Source of the DNA: Candidatus Bathyarchaeota archaeon
Lineage (GTDB): Archaea; Thermoproteota; Bathyarchaeia; TCS64
DNA length: 64,000 bases
Assembly (NCBI GenBank): GCA_043826455.1
Contig: JBDRQD010000002.1
Coordinates: forward strand, 1-64,000
Reading direction: 5' to 3'
Each line of letters begins with the position of its first letter. Position 1 is the first letter of the stretch. The translations under genes and the position numbers were made by a program. Under the pieces are notes generated by a model that was not told the origin of the DNA, searched no databases, and saw only the letters and a program-made list of their open reading frames with translations. Shown piece after piece: positions 17,972-27,008 of this stretch.

Positions 17972-19015
17972 TTGCTCACCGACGCCCAACTGGAGAGAAG
18001 CGTTGAGTGGCTTCTAGGCCACGCTTCAGCCCCTGTCCGCTACCTGACCCACATACACGTCCTAGGGGCAAGCCCGGTCTCAGGGGAGGCCGCGAGTCTC
18101 TGGCGCTCGGTGGAGGAGGACCCCTCCAGCCTGGAGATACTTGGAAAGCAGCGCGCCGACGGCTCATGGTGCGACGGCGGCTCCTGGGCCCCCAAGCCAA
18201 GCTACCAGCCCATGGGCGGGTACACTCCTGTGAGCCCCAAGTACGTCACCACCGCCTGGATGCTGTCCATCCTGGGGGACATGGGTTACACCGTGGAGGA
18301 CCCACGAATAGCCCGTGCATGCGAGTGGGTCATGGGGTGGCAGCGGCCCAACGGCGTCCTCTCTGAGACCAGGCGGCCTTATACTGAGGCTGACTACGAC
18401 CCCAGCCCACGGAACGTCCCCTGCAGGATGAGCATCCAATTGGACGGCCTCTCCCGGGTGGGCTTCGGCCCGGATCCGCGGCTGACCAAGTCATGGGGCC
18501 TGATGTTAGGGTGGCAGAGAGAGGACGGCGGCTGGGTCCAGGAGGGCCACAGGGACGCGACGGCGTCCCCTTATAAGGTGTGGGACAGGAGCTGCCCCTG
18601 GGTCACCTACTTCGCGTCAAGCGCCCTCCACAACTCGAGCATAGATGAACACGGTGAGCCCCTCAGACGTGCCCTGGGCTTCATTCTCTGGCACCTAGAC
18701 CAGAAACGTCCTCAAGACATCATGCGCTTCTTCTGGCATGGTCACGACACGGTTAGGGAGCTGGTGATGTTCGCCGAGCACGGCTTCAGCCCAGAGCAGC
18801 CCTCAATCAAGACGCTTCTGGACTGGCTGGAGACTATGTATGAGCCCGAGACAGGCGTCTTCAGGTACACGGGTAAGCCCGTGTCCAGAATGAGAAGGAG
18901 CGAGGACGGCGGCACCCCGGCAGTAATGAAGTACAGGCTCTTCCACCTGATCGAGCCCGACTGGCTCACCTACTGGGCCACGCGGGCCGAGTACAGCTTC
19001 CTGAGAGCCTCATGA
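17972..19015 (+). CDS. Prenyltransferase / terpene-cyclase-like alpha/alpha barrel protein
   Basis: Repeated QW-type motifs: QRADGSW, QRPNG, QREDGGW. Confidence 0.7.
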   Translation: MLTDAQLERSVEWLLGHASAPVRYLTHIHVLGASPVSGEAASLWRSVEEDPSSLEILGKQRADGSWCDGGSWAPKPSYQPMGGYTPVSPKYVTTAWMLSILGDMGYTVEDPRIARACEWVMGWQRPNGVLSETRRPYTEADYDPSPRNVPCRMSIQLDGLSRVGFGPDPRLTKSWGLMLGWQREDGGWVQEGHRDATASPYKVWDRSCPWVTYFASSALHNSSIDEHGEPLRRALGFILWHLDQKRPQDIMRFFWHGHDTVRELVMFAEHGFSPEQPSIKTLLDWLETMYEPETGVFRYTGKPVSRMRRSEDGGTPAVMKYRLFHLIEPDWLTYWATRAEYSFLRAS

Positions 19016-19091
19016 AGCTTAAATGCCCTCCAGTAATCGGCTTAAAGAGGAGAAAAGAGACGCTCCACGTAACGTAACACGAGGTGCCGGC

Positions 19092-19595
19092 TTGAGCGGT
19101 GAAAGAAAACTAGGTCTGAGGGAGGACTGGGCCGTGGTGCCCTTCATGTCCCTGACGATGCTCGGATTCGCGGCTACTGTCTACGATTTCACCGTGATCC
19201 AGAACTTAAGCTACCAACTGAGCCCTATGAGCCTCCTAGGCCTGGCCATGTTCTCCTTCGGTGGCTACCTCAGGTTCATGAGCAGGAGGCGGCTCATGAG
19301 GGCCGGCCTCACCATGCTGGGCAGCTCGCGGCTAGTCACGGTGGAGGGGCAGCGGCTGGTCACGGATGGCCTTTACAGGCGCATAAGGCACCCTCTGTAC
19401 CTGGGGGAGATGACTAGGAACCTGGGTTTCACCCTCATCCTGACCAGCGGCTACGGCTTCACCCTGGTTCTCCTCGGAAGCGCGTTTCTACTCTTCAGGA
19501 TACCGCGGGAAGAGAGGATGATGTTGGAGGAGTTCGGCGACGAGTACAGGGAGTACATGAGGCGCACGTGGAGGCTAATCCCACACGTGTACTGA
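19092..19595 (+). CDS. Isoprenylcysteine carboxyl methyltransferase (ICMT/Ste14) family membrane protein
   Basis: LVTDGLYRRIRHPLYLG and EERMMLEEFGDEYREY. Confidence 0.88.
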   Translation: MSGERKLGLREDWAVVPFMSLTMLGFAATVYDFTVIQNLSYQLSPMSLLGLAMFSFGGYLRFMSRRRLMRAGLTMLGSSRLVTVEGQRLVTDGLYRRIRHPLYLGEMTRNLGFTLILTSGYGFTLVLLGSAFLLFRIPREERMMLEEFGDEYREYMRRTWRLIPHVY

Positions 19596-19630
19596 GGCTC
19601 AAGCATCAATGATACAAGAAGTAGACCCTG

Positions 19631-20065
19631 TTATCTGAGACTGGACAGGGGCTCCACAGGGTACCCCTTGGGTGAAAGCCTGCTGAACTGTGTCTTCACG
19701 TCCCCCGTGACACACACCGTTCCCCGCATCTCAGCCAAAGCCACAGGCAGGGCATCATATATCGTCACATCGCCATCGTACGCTATCTCCGCCGCCCTTA
19801 TGAGGAGCGCCTCGACCACGGGCGCGGACCCCATGTGAAGTCCATACATGTGTTCAACGGCCCTCCTGAGCCCATCTAGGTCAAAACCAGGGTTGTACCT
19901 CAGGGCGTTGGCCACCTCGGAATAAGCAAGGTCCACCACCCAGAGCATCACCGACCCCTCTACATGCCTATCCAAGAGCCGCAGGGCCTCCTCGGAGCCC
20001 TGCTCTTGGCTAAACCACTTCACGACGACAGAGCTGTCCAGGACTACCTCGTCGCGTCTCTCCAT
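19631..20065 (-). CDS. VapC-family PIN toxin
   Basis: VLDSSVVVKW, EVANAL, TIYDA and VTGD motifs. Confidence 0.9.
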   Translation of the reverse strand: MERRDEVVLDSSVVVKWFSQEQGSEEALRLLDRHVEGSVMLWVVDLAYSEVANALRYNPGFDLDGLRRAVEHMYGLHMGSAPVVEALLIRAAEIAYDGDVTIYDALPVALAEMRGTVCVTGDVKTQFSRLSPKGYPVEPLSSLR

Positions 20066-20274
20066 CTCCTTATCTCCGCTGCGCCGTCCCAGTCAGGGCC
20101 GCTCCGCTTCCTCATGACCCTGATCTGCTCCGCCGCCCTCCTCATCTCCTGCCGCTGGATCGTCTCCTCGAAGGCACATCGCGCCACCTCGCTCCAGTTG
20201 ACGTCCCTATGCTCTTCCATTCGGCGCTTCAGCTCGTCAGGGACCCTTATCGTCACGTTGCTCGTGCACACCAC
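20044..20274 (-). CDS. VapB-like ribbon-helix-helix antitoxin
   Basis: VTIRVPDELKRRM...VNWSEVAR; overlaps the vapC start. Confidence 0.88.
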   Translation of the reverse strand: MVCTSNVTIRVPDELKRRMEEHRDVNWSEVARCAFEETIQRQEMRRAAEQIRVMRKRSGPDWDGAAEIRRWRDATR

Positions 20275-20418
20275 CCCTGCACATAATATATGCACATATA
20301 ATTAAACTGTACCCTACGTAAATGCATCAACTTGCCCCAGATTGATGCGCTTCACTCTTCGCCCCGGTACCCGGCTCCTCTGATACTGCTTTATACTTAC
20401 CTGATTATACCCTAACCC

Positions 20419-21498
20419 ATGTCTGAGCCAGTAGATTTCTGCCAAAGAAGGTACGGCCACCTGAAGAAGCTCATGCAGGAACAGGAACTCGACCTGGTCT
20501 ACCTCACGGGGGCAGGCCAGAGGCTTAAAAGGATAGCCGACACACCTTCCGGGGCGGCCCTCATAGTGCCCCTGGACGGCAACCCCCGGCTCTTCTGCTA
20601 CTCCGTGGACATCAACAGCACCCGGGAGGAGTCATGGATACCCGTAGAGGAGATCAAGACCAGGGCCGAGGCCAACAGGCAGATAGCCGACCACTGCAAC
20701 CAGCACCTCCGGGAAGGCTCCAAGATAGGGGTCCAGTCCGAGGCCTTCAGCCACACCACCTACGCCTTCATGAAGGAGAACCTGAAGGGGGAGCTGGTGG
20801 ACATCGCCGACACCCTGGTTCCCGAGGTCTTCTACGGCCTCTACACTGAGGAAGTCAAGCATCAGAGGAGGGTGAGCAGGCTCGCCGACATCGCCTGCTC
20901 CGCCGCAAGAGAAGCCATGAGGCCCGGAGCGACAGAGTACGAGATCGCGGCAGAGGCCGAGTACGCCATGAGGCGGGAGGGGGCCGAGCTCACCAGCTTC
21001 GCCACCATAGTCTCCACTGGGCCCAGGAGCGCCTACAGTCACGGCTGGCCCACGTCAAGGATGCTCAAAGAGGGGGAGTTCATGCTGGTGGACCTGGGCC
21101 CCCAGATAGACGGGTACGCCGCCGACGAGACCCGCACCTTCCTCCTAGGCTCAGACCCCAAGAAGCAGCGCATGCTGGAGGCCATGGACAAGGCAGTCGA
21201 GGCCGTCATTCAAGCTGTGAAGCCCGGCGCCAAGTGCGTCGACCTGGACGCCCTCAGCCGCAGGGTCCTGGCGGACCACGGGTTCCCCGACTACAACCAC
21301 AGCCTGGGCCACCCTCTCAGCGGATTCGCGGTGCCCAACCTGTCCAAGACCAGTACCCACGTCCTCAGGGAGGGCATGCTCTTCACCGTGGAGCCCGGCA
21401 TCTATCGGCCAGGATACGGCGGCGTCAGGATGGAGGAGAACGTTGTGGTCACCGGGGACGGCTGCGAGCAGCTCACCAGGAGCCCACGAATCCCCTAG
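20419..21498 (+). CDS. Xaa-Pro peptidase (M24B family)
   Basis: DLG, YAADETRT, HSLGH, TVEPGIY and GVRMEE motifs. Confidence 0.92.
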   Translation: MSEPVDFCQRRYGHLKKLMQEQELDLVYLTGAGQRLKRIADTPSGAALIVPLDGNPRLFCYSVDINSTREESWIPVEEIKTRAEANRQIADHCNQHLREGSKIGVQSEAFSHTTYAFMKENLKGELVDIADTLVPEVFYGLYTEEVKHQRRVSRLADIACSAAREAMRPGATEYEIAAEAEYAMRREGAELTSFATIVSTGPRSAYSHGWPTSRMLKEGEFMLVDLGPQIDGYAADETRTFLLGSDPKKQRMLEAMDKAVEAVIQAVKPGAKCVDLDALSRRVLADHGFPDYNHSLGHPLSGFAVPNLSKTSTHVLREGMLFTVEPGIYRPGYGGVRMEENVVVTGDGCEQLTRSPRIP

Positions 21499-22577
21499 AG
21501 CTTCGCCAACGCCACCCTGATGCGCATCAGGGCCTCCTCAAGCTCAGCAATGCTCTGGGCGAAGGCGTTCCTCACGTGGCCTTCACCGTTAGCCCCGAAC
21601 AGGTGCCCCGGGGTCACGGCCACGGCCGCCTCCTCCATGAGATACTTGGACATCTGGGCCGAGGTCATCCCATACTCTGAGAGGTCAGGGAAAGCGTAGA
21701 AGGCGCCCTTGGGTTCGGTGACCGTGACCCCCGGGATGTCCCTCCAGGCGTCCACGACGAACCTCTTCTTCCTGTCGTAGTCGGCCACCATCTCTTTGAC
21801 GCAGCCCTGGGGCCCCGTGAGGGCTGCCAGGCTTGCGTGCTGGATGGCCGCGTTCACCACAAGGAACGATGCCATCTGGAGGCTGAACAGCCTGTCGTAC
21901 AGCGCCTGGCTGGGCGCGATTATGTAGCCCGCCCTCCAACCCGTCATGGCGTAGGTCTTGCTCAGGCCGTTGAGTATAACCGTTCTCTCGGCCATCCCGG
22001 GCAGACTAGCGACGCTCTTGAACTTGACGCCGTCGTAGGTGATCTCGTCATAGATGTCGTCGCTGATGACCGTGACGTCCTTCTCCTCAGCGTAGTCGGC
22101 CACCGCGCCCAGCTCCTCGTCTCCCATGACCGCCCCCGTGGGGTTGTCGGGGCTGCAGATCAGCAGCGCCCTGGTCTTGTCGGTGGTCGCCCCGTAGAGG
22201 TCCTCAGGGTGGAACACCCAGTCCTCCTCCTTATACCTGGGCACTGTCCGAGCCTTGATGCCCAGGTGCCTCACAGGCTCATAGTACCCGAAGAAGCAGG
22301 GGTCCATGGTGATGAACTCCTCACCCGGCGCCATCAACGTCTTGAAGACCATGTAGATGCCCATGGTGCTGCCCGGCGTTATGATGACCCACTCCGGGTT
22401 GGCGTCCACCCCCAGCCTCTGATACTTGGCCGCCACTGCCTCCCGGAGCTCTGGGATGTGCCTAAAGTCCCCGTAGTGGGTGTGGCCCTCCTCCATTGCC
22501 CGCACCATGGCCTCCACTATGTGGCCCGGGGTCCTGTACTCCGGCTCTCCCCCGCCGATCCTGATGACACGCTTCAC
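21495..22577 (-). CDS. PLP-dependent aminotransferase, class I/II
   Basis: SPDNPTG, DDIY, GLSKTYAMTGWRAG and GAFY motifs. Confidence 0.93.
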   Translation of the reverse strand: MKRVIRIGGGEPEYRTPGHIVEAMVRAMEEGHTHYGDFRHIPELREAVAAKYQRLGVDANPEWVIITPGSTMGIYMVFKTLMAPGEEFITMDPCFFGYYEPVRHLGIKARTVPRYKEEDWVFHPEDLYGATTDKTRALLICSPDNPTGAVMGDEELGAVADYAEEKDVTVISDDIYDEITYDGVKFKSVASLPGMAERTVILNGLSKTYAMTGWRAGYIIAPSQALYDRLFSLQMASFLVVNAAIQHASLAALTGPQGCVKEMVADYDRKKRFVVDAWRDIPGVTVTEPKGAFYAFPDLSEYGMTSAQMSKYLMEEAAVAVTPGHLFGANGEGHVRNAFAQSIAELEEALMRIRVALAKL

Positions 22578-22688
22578 GCAAGACACTCCTCTACGGTAAA
22601 CCGCCAAGAGCACCTATAAAAGGGTACAACGGGGCCGGCACCCATCCGCGGCCGACACACCCGTGAACGAGGCCGAGAACCATGAACA

Positions 22689-23450
22689 CTACAGGGGGAT
22701 GAGCAGCGACATGAGCTGGGCGAACATGGTGCCCACGATGAGCCCCGTGGAAACTATGTGCTTGTGCTCCAGGCTGCAGTACTTGTGGGCCACAGGGATA
22801 AGCTCGTCCACCGTCACGTAAGTCATCACCCCCGCAGCGAAGCCCAGGCCGTACCCCACCACGTCGCCGCCCCCCAGCCCCTGGATGACCGTCAACCCTA
22901 TCAAGGCCCCCAGGGGCTCCATCACCCCCGAAAGCATGGCCAGGCCCAGGGCCCTCCACCGCCGCACCCCCGACTGGATGAGAGGCGTCACCGTGGCGAT
23001 CCCCTCCGGGATATTGTGGAGGCAGATCATCACGGCCACCAGGACCCCCAGCTCCGGCTGGTGAGTGAACCCCGCGCTCACCACCATCCCCTCAGGCAAG
23101 TTATGCAGCGACATCCCAACCGCAATAATCATCCCGCTGTTAAACAGAGGCCTATCCTTGACCCCATCCTCCCACAACCCAAACTCGATATGAGGCAACG
23201 ACAAGTCCACAGCCATCATAAACAACGCCCCCACCCCAAAAGACAAAGCCACCTCCAACAAACCCAGAACACCCAACGCCTCCGCATACAGATTCACAAA
23301 ACTCACCACCAACATTACACCCCCAGCAAACCCCATAAAAAAACCAACCAACCTCTGATCCAGCCTCCCCAACAAAATCACTAAAAGGCCCCCAACACCA
23401 GTTGCAGAGCCAGCCAGAAAACTTAGAATAATAGGCGTCAGGAGATCCAT
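22689..23450 (-). CDS. zupT: ZIP-family metal transporter
   Basis: LHNLPEG, LHNIPEG and AAGVMTYVTVDELIP motifs. Confidence 0.9.
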   Translation of the reverse strand: MDLLTPIILSFLAGSATGVGGLLVILLGRLDQRLVGFFMGFAGGVMLVVSFVNLYAEALGVLGLLEVALSFGVGALFMMAVDLSLPHIEFGLWEDGVKDRPLFNSGMIIAVGMSLHNLPEGMVVSAGFTHQPELGVLVAVMICLHNIPEGIATVTPLIQSGVRRWRALGLAMLSGVMEPLGALIGLTVIQGLGGGDVVGYGLGFAAGVMTYVTVDELIPVAHKYCSLEHKHIVSTGLIVGTMFAQLMSLLIPL

Positions 23451-23520
23451 AGGCTCACCTTTGAAGCTAGCCTAAAATCTGTCACCGAATATTTAGGCTT
23501 TCCTAATATTTTTCAGTTGG

Positions 23521-23920
23521 GGCTTTCGATTAACCGTGTTCTCTGGGCTCAGAGGTCAAGGACGAGGAGGCATCTCATTGAAGTAAAAGCATGTAATAAA
23601 AGATGGAATTTTTTTCCGCCTTATACCCTCTAGGAGGGTATAAGACACCCAGCGAAACGATACACGCACCACGCCAGCGCAGAAGCCCCAGAGAGGGGGG
23701 AGGGGGTAGAGCAAGAAAAACCGGAAACAGGTGCCCCACGCCAAAAGGAGCCACGGAACCGGTCCGATGCGATCCCAGTCTATGCAAAAACGCCGTCCAT
23801 TCCACACAGAAACACGGCACATTCAACACAGGTACGGCGCAGCGGAGACCTGATGTGCAAAAAAGGTAGGGGGGTACCATATAATGGAGAATTTTTCTAG
23901 TAATAAACAGTGTACTCGAC
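23521..23920 (+). repeat. Dispersed intergenic element, copy B
   Basis: Colinear with 62392-62880 from GG(C/T)TTTCGATTAACCGTGTT onward; perfect 11-bp hairpin at 23620-23644. Confidence 0.9.
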
Positions 23921-24005
23921 CCTGACAGGGCGATTGATCGGTCTAGGCGCATACTCCTGTGAATCCCTGAGGTACAGATAACGTCTCAGCATGATAAAAA
24001 AAGGG

Positions 24006-24881
24006 TTAGAGGGTTAGGCTCTTGCCCTCCTGGGCCAGAAGGTTCCTCCTCCTCTCATCCACCTCGGCCTGGATGTACTCCACCTGCTCATCCTTCAGGC
24101 CCCGGAACCTGCCCTGGGCCTTCAGGTACTCGGTCACCGGCTTCTGCTCGGGCTTCCGGCTCATCTTCAGCACCCCCTTCTCCACCTCGTATAGGGGCCA
24201 CGTCCAGGTGTCCACGCCCAGGCGGGTGACCTCCACGGCCTTGGCCGGGTCGAACCTCCAGCCCGTGGGACACGGTATGACTGTGTGGATGTACTTGAAG
24301 CCCTTTATCTCCTTAGCCTTCCTGAGCTTGGCTTGGAGGTCCCGGGGGTAGGCGATGCTGGTGGTGGCCACGTAGGGGACCTTGTGGGCGGCTATGATTA
24401 GGGGTATGTCCTTCTTGTTGGACTCCTTGCCGGTGGGGGTGGTGGTGGTCCAGGCCCCGAAGGGCGTTAGGCCGCTCTTCTGGATGCCCGTGTTCATGTA
24501 GGCCTCGTTGTCTATGCATATCTGGATGATGTTCTCGTTGCGCTCCGCGGCCGCCGAGACCTTGCCGAAGCTGATGTCACCGGTGGCCCCGTCACCACCA
24601 GAGCTCACAATGGTGATGTCTTCGCGTCCCTTGACCTTCATGGCCGCGCTTATGCCCGTCGCCCCGTCGGCGATGAAGCTGAAGTGGATGGCGAAGAATG
24701 GCACCTTGACGTTCCTGAGGGCGCACATGGCGCAGGGCCCGTCGCCGTAGACTATGGTCTCGGGGCCCAGCACCTCCAGGGCCATCCTCCAGAACATGGG
24801 TCCTCCGCACCCGGGGCAGCACTGGGTGCCGCCCTGGATGAGTATGTCGCTGTACCGTCTGTCGAACTTCTCGCTGATCAT
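24006..24881 (-). CDS. porB: Pyruvate / 2-oxoacid:ferredoxin oxidoreductase beta subunit
   Basis: CPGCG, GGDG...DNEAYMNTGIQ TPP motif and PCPTGW. Confidence 0.92.
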   Translation of the reverse strand: MISEKFDRRYSDILIQGGTQCCPGCGGPMFWRMALEVLGPETIVYGDGPCAMCALRNVKVPFFAIHFSFIADGATGISAAMKVKGREDITIVSSGGDGATGDISFGKVSAAAERNENIIQICIDNEAYMNTGIQKSGLTPFGAWTTTTPTGKESNKKDIPLIIAAHKVPYVATTSIAYPRDLQAKLRKAKEIKGFKYIHTVIPCPTGWRFDPAKAVEVTRLGVDTWTWPLYEVEKGVLKMSRKPEQKPVTEYLKAQGRFRGLKDEQVEYIQAEVDERRRNLLAQEGKSLTL

Positions 24882-26072
24882 CTACATCACCTCTCCCAGG
24901 TCGTGGGCCTCAACCCAGTCCACGACCCTCTTCACCTTGCCAGTCTCGGCCGCCTTCAGCGTCTCCTTGCACATGTACTCTATCTGCCTCATTGTGACGT
25001 CTGTGCCTGAGAGGCCGACATGGAAGTTGAGCAGCAGGGGCCTGTCCGGGACGCTGTAGAGGGCCCGGGCCACCTCCATGGAGACGATGCCTCCGCCGGC
25101 TGACCCGAAGCTGTTGTTGCGGTCCACCACGGCCAGGGCCTTGTACTTGGGTGCTATCTTCTGCAGCTCCTCTGTGGGGAAGGGCCTGAAGCCCCTCATC
25201 TTTATGAGCCCTATCCTCTTGCCCTTAGCCCTCATTATGTCCACGACGTCGCGGGCCGTGCCCGTCATGCTGCCCATGGTCATGATGACGGCCTCTGCGT
25301 CCTCGCAGTTGTACTCCTCCAGGAGGCCGTCGTAGCCGCGGCCGAACGTCTTCCTGTAGTCCTTGTCCACGGCCTCGATGACCTTCTTGGCCCTCTGGTG
25401 GGCCTCCTCGAGCCCCATCCGCATCTTGATGAAGCTCTGGGGTTGAGGCATCTTGAACTCGCCCGGTATTAGGCTGTACCACTCGTGCCTGTAGGGGGGC
25501 AGCCACTCGTCCACCCGGGCCTGGTCCGGGACCGTTGTCGGGGTGGCTGTGGCTGAGACGAAGTAGCCGTCATAGCAGACGGCCACGGGTAGGTAGATGT
25601 CCTTGTTCTCCCCCACCTTGTAGCCCATGAGGATGGTGTCCAGGGCCTCCTGGCTGTTCTCACAGTACAACTGAATCCAGCCCAGGTCCCTCTGCAGGAG
25701 GCTGTCCGTGTGGTCGGGCCTCAGCCCTCCGAGGGGCCCCATGGTGCGGTTCACTATACACATGACTATAGGTAGTCTCCTGCCGGGGGGCTGCCACAGG
25801 GCCTCCTCCATGAAGGCGATGCCCTGGCTGCTGCTGGCCGTGAAGACGCGGGCCCCCGCCACCGACGCGCCCACGGCTGCCGCCATGGCGGTGTGCTCTC
25901 CCTCCACCTTGATGTACTCGGCCTTCATCGTCCCGTCGGCGATGAGGGTGGCGATGTTGCTGATGAGCTCGGTCTGGGGCGTTATGGGGTACGCGGGTAC
26001 CACCTCTGCCCTGGCCAGCTTGGCGCCCCAGGCGGCCGCCTCGTTTCCTTCCATCATCCTTGTGAAGCTCAT
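24882..26072 (-). CDS. porA: 2-oxoacid:ferredoxin oxidoreductase alpha subunit
   Basis: AYPITPQT, EGEH, ASSSQG and FRPFP motifs. Confidence 0.92.
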   Translation of the reverse strand: MSFTRMMEGNEAAAWGAKLARAEVVPAYPITPQTELISNIATLIADGTMKAEYIKVEGEHTAMAAAVGASVAGARVFTASSSQGIAFMEEALWQPPGRRLPIVMCIVNRTMGPLGGLRPDHTDSLLQRDLGWIQLYCENSQEALDTILMGYKVGENKDIYLPVAVCYDGYFVSATATPTTVPDQARVDEWLPPYRHEWYSLIPGEFKMPQPQSFIKMRMGLEEAHQRAKKVIEAVDKDYRKTFGRGYDGLLEEYNCEDAEAVIMTMGSMTGTARDVVDIMRAKGKRIGLIKMRGFRPFPTEELQKIAPKYKALAVVDRNNSFGSAGGGIVSMEVARALYSVPDRPLLLNFHVGLSGTDVTMRQIEYMCKETLKAAETGKVKRVVDWVEAHDLGEVM

Positions 26073-26281
26073 TGTGTTCCCTCCTTCACCATCTCTATAG
26101 CGTGCACCGGGCACTCGTTGGCGCATACTCCGCAGCCCTTGCAGAACCTATAGTCGTAGATGGGTTTCTTGTTCTCGTCCAGCATAACCGTTCCCTCGGG
26201 GCAGTAGAGCTGGCAGTTGCCGCAGCCCACGCACTTGTCGGGGTCGGCCTTGGGGGCGAAGGCCCTCACCATCTGGCTCAT
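26069..26281 (-). CDS. porD: 2-oxoacid:ferredoxin oxidoreductase delta subunit (2x[4Fe-4S])
   Basis: CVGCGNCQLYCP and CKGCGVCANECP. Confidence 0.92.
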   Translation of the reverse strand: MSQMVRAFAPKADPDKCVGCGNCQLYCPEGTVMLDENKKPIYDYRFCKGCGVCANECPVHAIEMVKEGTQ

Positions 26282-26835
26282 CTGGACACCTCCACGGCGT
26301 CGTGGCCGCGCTTGCACGCCGCCACGTTCATCTCCCCCAGCCTTCCGGGGAACGCGTGCTTTATGGGTCCGGTGAGGCTCTCCAGCTCCACCCACTCGGT
26401 GGCCTTGGCTATGGCGCCCAGCATGATGGTGTTGGTGATGGGTATGGCCCGGGCCCCGAAGAGCTCCGCGCTCATGGCCGTGGCGTCCAGGGTGGCCACC
26501 TTCTTGAGCTTGACCCCCAGGTCTACCTCATTGGGCTTCCTGGGGTCGTTGAGCACCACCGTGCCCCCCTTCTTCAGGCCCTGAGTGACGCCCCCCTGCT
26601 CCGTGAGGGCGGGATCCAGCACCACTAGGGCGTCCGGCTCGTAGATGCCGCATGTCCGTCTGATGGGCTTGTCGTCCAGGCGGAGGAAAACGGTGACGTC
26701 TCCGCCTCGGCGCGCGCCCCCGTAGACAGGGATCTTCTGGGCGTACTTGCCCTCGCTGAAGGCCGCCTCTGCCAGTATGAGGGCCCCCATGACGGCTCCC
26801 TGTCCACCCATTCCGTGGAACCTTATCTCGATCAT
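26278..26835 (-). CDS. porG: 2-oxoacid:ferredoxin oxidoreductase gamma subunit
   Basis: MIEIRFHGMGGQG, YGGARRG and NTIMLGA motifs. Confidence 0.92.
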   Translation of the reverse strand: MIEIRFHGMGGQGAVMGALILAEAAFSEGKYAQKIPVYGGARRGGDVTVFLRLDDKPIRRTCGIYEPDALVVLDPALTEQGGVTQGLKKGGTVVLNDPRKPNEVDLGVKLKKVATLDATAMSAELFGARAIPITNTIMLGAIAKATEWVELESLTGPIKHAFPGRLGEMNVAACKRGHDAVEVSR

Positions 26836-27008
26836 CTCATCACGACAGAATTCAAGATCAGTATGTTTTCGGTTAGATAAGACTTGCCCGGTCAAGCAGT
26901 CCCCGGCCGCGTTTCTACTCAATGGTTCAGCCGCCGCCTTGTTTTCTGTTTACCCGTCTGGGGGTCCCATCATTAACGTCTTATAGACTCGCGGGTGAGT
27001 ACAATCTG

